Source: Bdellovibrionota bacterium FG-2
GTDB taxonomy: Bacteria > Bdellovibrionota > UBA1018
Length of the DNA stretch: 11,628 nt
Assembly (NCBI GenBank): GCA_051382305.1
Contig: JBBCAV010000268.1
Location: 1-11,628, forward strand
Direction: 5' to 3'
The position numbers were made by a program, and so were the translations under genes. The notes beneath the pieces are model-generated. The model saw only the letters and a program-made list of their open reading frames with translations, did no database searches and was not told the origin of the DNA. This document shows positions 7,264 through 11,628 of the stretch, one piece after another (the stretch's first letter is position 1; each line of letters opens with the position of its first letter).

Positions 7264-7375
7264 AAGGCAAAACTTTATCACCCTCTTGACCAAAAGGGAA
7301 AATTCTGTTCTAGCGGTGAAACCGGCTATTTTTTAGGGAAAATTCAAAGAAATAGACAAAAAAAAGCAGCCGACC

Positions 7376-7978
7376 TTAAAACACAAGACCCACGGCTATC
7401 CGAACCCCACCCAGCTGGAATCCCGAAACCCCTGCTAGCGAACTCGAAACCGACCACATCCCCGTATTTAATCGAAATGCCGTCCCATCAAACCCGCCAA
7501 AACGCATATCTACTCCGGCCGTTGCTTCAAAACCATAGGATAGTCCCTGCGTGTAGGGTTCGATCCCCGACGGGGGCGTTGTCATTCGCAGGCTATGCCA
7601 GCCCAGCACGGCATTTGCGCCCACAAACGGCTGAAAACGTCCTTCTTTGAAGAAGAAACAATGAAATCCACCCAAAAATGCCGCGCCAAGAACTGTGACG
7701 TCGGCTGCTTCAGATCCAACCGTGACGTTTCCACTTGTCCTTTGAAGTTCAGCAGCCATTTCAGGCCTAAAAAGGCCTTTTCGCCGCTCGGAACGAAACG
7801 CCATAAAATATCCATTAGCCCCTGTTAAGCTTTTGCCCGTGACCCCACTATGGATCGTGGTGCCCAACTCAACGATCGGCGCATACTCGTTAGCAGATGC
7901 GGTTTCTGTAACCAATAGAGCGAGACTGGGAACAAAGAGAACCCAAACTCGAATATGACCCTTCGGAGGCGTTCGCAT
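7376..7978 (-). CDS. Small outer-membrane beta-barrel protein (probably 8-stranded)
   Basis: AAGGAG ribosome-binding site before ATG 7978. Signal peptide ends TASA. Gly/aromatic-rich amphipathic strands (FQPFVGANAVLGW, YGFEATAGVDMRF) and a C-terminal beta-signal ending in Phe (GVRIAVGLVF). Confidence 0.8.
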   Translation of the reverse strand: MRTPPKGHIRVWVLFVPSLALLVTETASANEYAPIVELGTTIHSGVTGKSLTGANGYFMAFRSERRKGLFRPEMAAELQRTSGNVTVGSEAADVTVLGAAFLGGFHCFFFKEGRFQPFVGANAVLGWHSLRMTTPPSGIEPYTQGLSYGFEATAGVDMRFGGFDGTAFRLNTGMWSVSSSLAGVSGFQLGGVRIAVGLVF

Positions 7979-8025
7979 TCACTCCTTTTATCGACGGTTA
8001 GAGCAAATTCTTGAGAAAAATAAAC

Positions 8026-8055
8026 TTGACCATTTTGCTTCGAAAATGGTACAGA
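8026..8055 (+). promoter_or_regulatory. Sigma70-like promoter with an inverted repeat covering the spacer
   Basis: TTGACC (8026-8031), an 18-bp spacer ending TGG, then TACAGA (8050-8055). The inverted repeat ACCATTTT-N6-AAAATGGT covers 8029-8050, and an A-rich tract lies upstream. Confidence 0.5.
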
Positions 8056-8077
8056 GTGCCACCTTTTGGAGGTTGCT

Positions 8078-9946
8078 ATGTTAACTCGTCAATTTTTGTT
8101 TGTGATTCCATTTCTATTGGTGGCTCTGGTGAGCACTTCAGAATCCTATGCTTTTGGCAGAAAAAAGCCAAAACCCCAACCTGGATCCACCCACTCCCCC
8201 ATCCCGAATCCAGATGGCGCCCCAGATGACTCACCAAATGACTCAGGCGACGCGAACATCGACCCCAAGCAATACCCCCTTCTTTCCAAAACTTTTGCAC
8301 ATCCCGGCAATATAGTCACAAATCCAGACGTTGCCAACACCCTGGCGATACTAAGAACAATCGCAACGAACAAACCCGCCTATCATAAGGAGCTCGTGGA
8401 GCTGGTCCGGGACGCTAAGACTTTGGACAGCGCTCACCTGAATCTTCTCGTGGATTCGTGTTACTATACTTACGCGTCGTTCGAAACCATCCAACACGCC
8501 ATCAAAGACCTCGAAAACAAAACCGACAGCGATTCACGGAAACAGGTTGCAAAACTTTTGCACGATCAAGAGATTGCTTGGAACCTGGGATCCTATACGA
8601 ACACCCTCATAAAGCTCGGTTTGCCAAAAGTAAGCGATCTCAATTTTGATAACAGTATGACCCTGCTTAACCTGCTCTTTCCGGCCGGCGCCGACGAAGC
8701 TTTTGATGCCGTTCTAAAGCTTATCCCTCCCATTGCTTTTGAGCGAGAACTGGAGTTTGTCGATTTTGCCGCGCGCAAAGGCGCAAACCTGGCAGCCGCA
8801 AAAATCGCGCTGGATTGGTTTACTCAAAGCAGCGATCATTCGGTGGAGGGGCTCATCTCGCTTACTCAGCATCTTCGGTCGGACGGGAAAGACCGGCTGC
8901 TGCTTGGGGCGCTTACGCTTCTTCCACCGCTCACGGCCGAAGACGTGCGCGCACTCTCAGGGGCCGCATATTATTCGGGCACAGAACTGGTCTTCGCTGG
9001 AATGAAAATGATCACCGCACTTCGTATCGAAGACATCACACTCCTTGCTAAAGTCGTGGGAGGATCGAATAATGACTCGTTGGTTAAGCAGGGATTGGCG
9101 CGAATTAGCGTTCTTTCTACTGACCAGTTACTCGCACTCTCAGACGCCTCCTACTACGATGGGCAATCCCTGATTTTAACGAGCACCCCCAAACTTACTG
9201 ATTTCACTGTTTCAAACGCGATCAAACTGGCAAATGGAGTCTCCGGATCCAATAAAGACGCTCTCATTAAGGGTTTTCTCACCACCTTGCCAGGAGTGAG
9301 TACCACCGAGATCGAATCCCTCGCTAGTGCCTGCTACTACGACGGTCAATCACTCATCCTTGGCAACCTGGCAAAGATCACGGATCTGACGGCGAAAAAT
9401 ACAGTAAGAATTTCCAGAAATAACGTCTCCGGCAGCAACCGAGACACCCTGGTTAAATTTTTTATCGATAAGACGCTCCTACTGAGCACATCAGATCTGT
9501 TGATGATCGCGGGAGCAACCTACTACGAAGGGCAATCTATTGTCCTGCAGAACATCTCCAAAATTAGTGACCTAAACGCAGCCAATACGGTAACGATCAC
9601 ACAAAATGCGCTCTCAGGGACCTATCGCGATACTTTCATCAAGGCGTTCATCGGGAGCGTCGCATCGCTCAGCACTGCCGAATTCACCTCCCTTGCCGAG
9701 GCTTGCTACTACGAGGGCCAGAATGTTCTAGTGAAATCGCTCCCAAAAACTAGAGACCTGAGCGTCGCAAATTCGCTACTCGTCACTACCCATTTGTCGG
9801 GAAGCAACAAAGACACCTATCTGCTGGCAGCCGTAGATCTCGTGCCAGATCTAACCGCCACAAATCTTCTACTGATGGCCAGCCACGCCTATTATGCAGA
9901 AAAACAAGTCATCACCAAGGGCAAGCGCCGGTTGGGCGACCTATGA
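8078..9946 (+). CDS. Secreted hypothetical protein with tandem 61-62-aa helical repeats
   Basis: GGAGG ribosome-binding site before ATG 8078. Signal peptide MLTRQFLFVIPFLLVALVSTSESYA, then a Pro/Asp-rich linker, a helical middle region and six repeats with SGSN(K/R)D and YY(D/E)GQ motifs. Long uninterrupted ORF of 622 aa. Confidence 0.9.
   Translation: MLTRQFLFVIPFLLVALVSTSESYAFGRKKPKPQPGSTHSPIPNPDGAPDDSPNDSGDANIDPKQYPLLSKTFAHPGNIVTNPDVANTLAILRTIATNKPAYHKELVELVRDAKTLDSAHLNLLVDSCYYTYASFETIQHAIKDLENKTDSDSRKQVAKLLHDQEIAWNLGSYTNTLIKLGLPKVSDLNFDNSMTLLNLLFPAGADEAFDAVLKLIPPIAFERELEFVDFAARKGANLAAAKIALDWFTQSSDHSVEGLISLTQHLRSDGKDRLLLGALTLLPPLTAEDVRALSGAAYYSGTELVFAGMKMITALRIEDITLLAKVVGGSNNDSLVKQGLARISVLSTDQLLALSDASYYDGQSLILTSTPKLTDFTVSNAIKLANGVSGSNKDALIKGFLTTLPGVSTTEIESLASACYYDGQSLILGNLAKITDLTAKNTVRISRNNVSGSNRDTLVKFFIDKTLLLSTSDLLMIAGATYYEGQSIVLQNISKISDLNAANTVTITQNALSGTYRDTFIKAFIGSVASLSTAEFTSLAEACYYEGQNVLVKSLPKTRDLSVANSLLVTTHLSGSNKDTYLLAAVDLVPDLTATNLLLMASHAYYAEKQVITKGKRRLGDL
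8840..9943 (+). repeat. Six protein-level tandem repeats (183-186 nt period)
   Basis: Tyr-Tyr codon pairs start at 8969, 9152, 9335, 9521, 9707 and 9890 (spacings 183, 183, 186, 186, 183 nt). Confidence 0.9.
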
Positions 9947-11148
9947 CGACCCCCCACAGTTTTTTTGCCACCACCGCCAAAGGAATGGAATCTCTATTGG
10001 CCTCCGAACTCACGGAATTTGGAGCCAGCGACATCACACCCACTCGAGCCGGTGTTTCCTTCAAAGGCCCGCTTCAAATCGCTTACCGGGCCTGCCTTTG
10101 GTCACGTATTGCTAACCGCGTTCTTTTGCCACTCAAAACTTTTCCCGCCCCCACCCCCGAAAAACTTTACGGCGGCGCAAAAGCCATTCGCTGGTCGGAT
10201 CACATCACTCCCCAGCTCACTTTCTCGGTGGATTTTTCATCAACGGATTCGGCCATTACCCATACCCATTTTGGCGCCCTAAAAGTAAAAGACGCCCTTG
10301 TGGATCAACTTCGCAGTGTCCAAGGCTCTCGCCCCGATGTGGACTCCGTTAATCCCAACATCAGAATCAATGTGTATCTCTACCAAGATGTCGCCACCGT
10401 CAGCTTGGATCTTTCAGGCGAAAGCCTACATCGACGTGGTTATCGCGAGCAGGGGACTCCCGCGCCCCTCAAAGAAAACTTAGCAGCTGCAATCCTTGCC
10501 CTTGCAAACTGGAAAGAAGTACTAAAAACTGACGCAGCTTTCTTGGACCCCATGTGTGGCTCAGGCACGTTGCCCATCGAAGCCGCCCTCATCGCCGCAC
10601 GTCGGGCGCCCGGATTGCATCGTGAGACCTATGGCTTCACGCACTGGCTTGGGCATAAACCTTTGATCTGGAAACAGCTGTTAGAAGAAGCACACGATCT
10701 CGAAATCCATGACAAGAAACTCCTTCCGACCATCGTAGGGTATGACGAAGATTTCAAAGCCGTTCGCGTTGCACTTGCTAACGTAGAGCGCGCGGGACTT
10801 CGGAACCGGGTGCACATCGAAAAGTGCTCACTCGCCGAATGCGAGCCGATTGCGGAAAGTGGGATCATTATCCTTAACCCTCCTTACGGCGAGCGATTGG
10901 GCGAGACTGAAGCACTAAAACCGCTCTACCAATCCATTGGGGACACTTTCAAAAAGAAATTCAGCGGCTGGTCAGGCTTCGTTTTTACGGGAAGCCGGGA
11001 ATTGTCGCATGAAATTGGACTGCGCCCAAAACGCAGGCACGTCCTCTATAATGGAGCCCTTGAGTGCCGGTTGCTTCAATATGAACTGTACAAAGGGTCT
11101 CACGACACCAAAGAAAAGAAAGCAGAGCAGGAGACTTTCGTCAGCTAA
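9943..11148 (+). CDS. rlmL: THUMP-domain rRNA m2G methyltransferase, RlmL-like (23S G2445), stand-alone without an RlmK half
   Basis: FATTAKGMESLLASEL, YRACLWSRIANRVL, ALKVKDALVDQ, LDLSGESLHRRGYR, APLKENLAAA, the SAM-binding DPMCGSGT, NPPYGERLG and LYNGALECRL are all characteristic of the RlmL half of RlmKL. Length 401 aa. Confidence 0.92.
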   Translation: MTTPHSFFATTAKGMESLLASELTEFGASDITPTRAGVSFKGPLQIAYRACLWSRIANRVLLPLKTFPAPTPEKLYGGAKAIRWSDHITPQLTFSVDFSSTDSAITHTHFGALKVKDALVDQLRSVQGSRPDVDSVNPNIRINVYLYQDVATVSLDLSGESLHRRGYREQGTPAPLKENLAAAILALANWKEVLKTDAAFLDPMCGSGTLPIEAALIAARRAPGLHRETYGFTHWLGHKPLIWKQLLEEAHDLEIHDKKLLPTIVGYDEDFKAVRVALANVERAGLRNRVHIEKCSLAECEPIAESGIIILNPPYGERLGETEALKPLYQSIGDTFKKKFSGWSGFVFTGSRELSHEIGLRPKRRHVLYNGALECRLLQYELYKGSHDTKEKKAEQETFVS

Positions 11149-11411
11149 GTATTTGGCGTTTCCCAAATCACATATTCCGCCGCGACCGGGAGTTGTGTCT
11201 CAAACCCCGCTTGCACGGGGATCATCTGGGGTGCGTTGATCCATGGATTCATCCACAGACCGTTTGCGCGCGCACAATCGCGCACCAAATAGTGCCCCAC
11301 AGGATAGCGAGCGCAGGCGCCCACAAATACAACCGCCCCCCCATCCTCAAAGTTCGGGCGGCCACACCACGCTTTAAGTCCGCTGTTTTTGAAAAGGTGT
11401 ACGTCAAACAA
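11145..11411 (-). CDS. Possible small hypothetical protein (uncertain)
   Basis: Its stop overlaps the convergent rlmL stop (CTAA, 11145-11148). No recognisable motif and no clear RBS. An alternative ATG at 11252 gives 35 aa, and a competing frame is open from 11626 to 11249. Confidence 0.2.
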   Translation of the reverse strand: MFDVHLFKNSGLKAWCGRPNFEDGGAVVFVGACARYPVGHYLVRDCARANGLWMNPWINAPQMIPVQAGFETQLPVAAEYVIWETPNT

Positions 11412-11628
11412 AAATTCTTAAATGCCCCAACGATTTCAGCACAATAGTAACCACGTCCCCAGGCATTCTGAGGAAACTCAAACAAGCCGTGAGCCTGCAC
11501 GTACCCAAGTCGTGGATTTAATTTGCAAGTCGTTAACTTGGCTATCAGCACTGTCGTGTTTGGGAAGAAAACTCTTTCGGGGGTTGCCGCCACTTTGGGC
11601 TGTTCCCGAAGGAGCCTTAAACGCTGGT

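Noticed and set aside
7292-7330. Cobalamin riboswitch-like words (AGGGAA...CGGTGAAACCGG)
   Set aside because: They are on the strand opposite to nrdJ, and the downstream CCCGCAACTGT and B12-box elements are missing.
7132-7650. 172-aa plus-strand ORF
   Set aside because: It spans the regulatory intergenic region and is antisense to the beta-barrel gene. It has no RBS or motifs.
9943-11148. DNA methyltransferase or restriction-modification component (NPPY motif)
   Set aside because: The THUMP domain and RlmL-specific motifs identify an rRNA m2G methyltransferase.
11570-11590. c-di-GMP-I riboswitch-like GGCAACCCCCGAAAGAGT on the minus strand
   Set aside because: It lacks the following GACGCAAAG junction and P3 elements, and stem pairing is poor.

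Overview
Bacterial chromosomal window of roughly 50% GC, from a Gram-negative organism. The gene style suggests Bdellovibrionota/Oligoflexia or another deltaproteobacterium-like lineage (inference only). From left to right: (1) a BPL_N/class I glutamine-amidotransferase-like gene that breaks off at about nt 390, just before its expected HPE motif; (2) a secreted YkuD-type L,D-transpeptidase (-); (3) an alpha/beta-hydrolase-fold protein with Gly in place of the catalytic Ser (-); (4) an RluA/C/D-family pseudouridine synthase carrying an in-frame 12-bp minisatellite (+); (5) a class II, B12-dependent ribonucleotide reductase nrdJ (-), preceded by a pair of NrdR-box-like sites 31 bp apart; (6) a small outer-membrane beta-barrel protein (-); (7) divergent from it, a secreted 622-aa protein with six tandem 61-62-aa helical repeats I do not recognise, whose stop overlaps the start of (8) a stand-alone RlmL-type THUMP rRNA methyltransferase (+); (9) an unresolved final ~480 bp. 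I saw no rRNA, tRNA, CRISPR array, transposase or intein. The best candidate for something undescribed is the secreted YY-repeat solenoid with its divergent beta-barrel neighbour and the palindrome in their shared promoter region. A functional link between these rests on gene layout alone.
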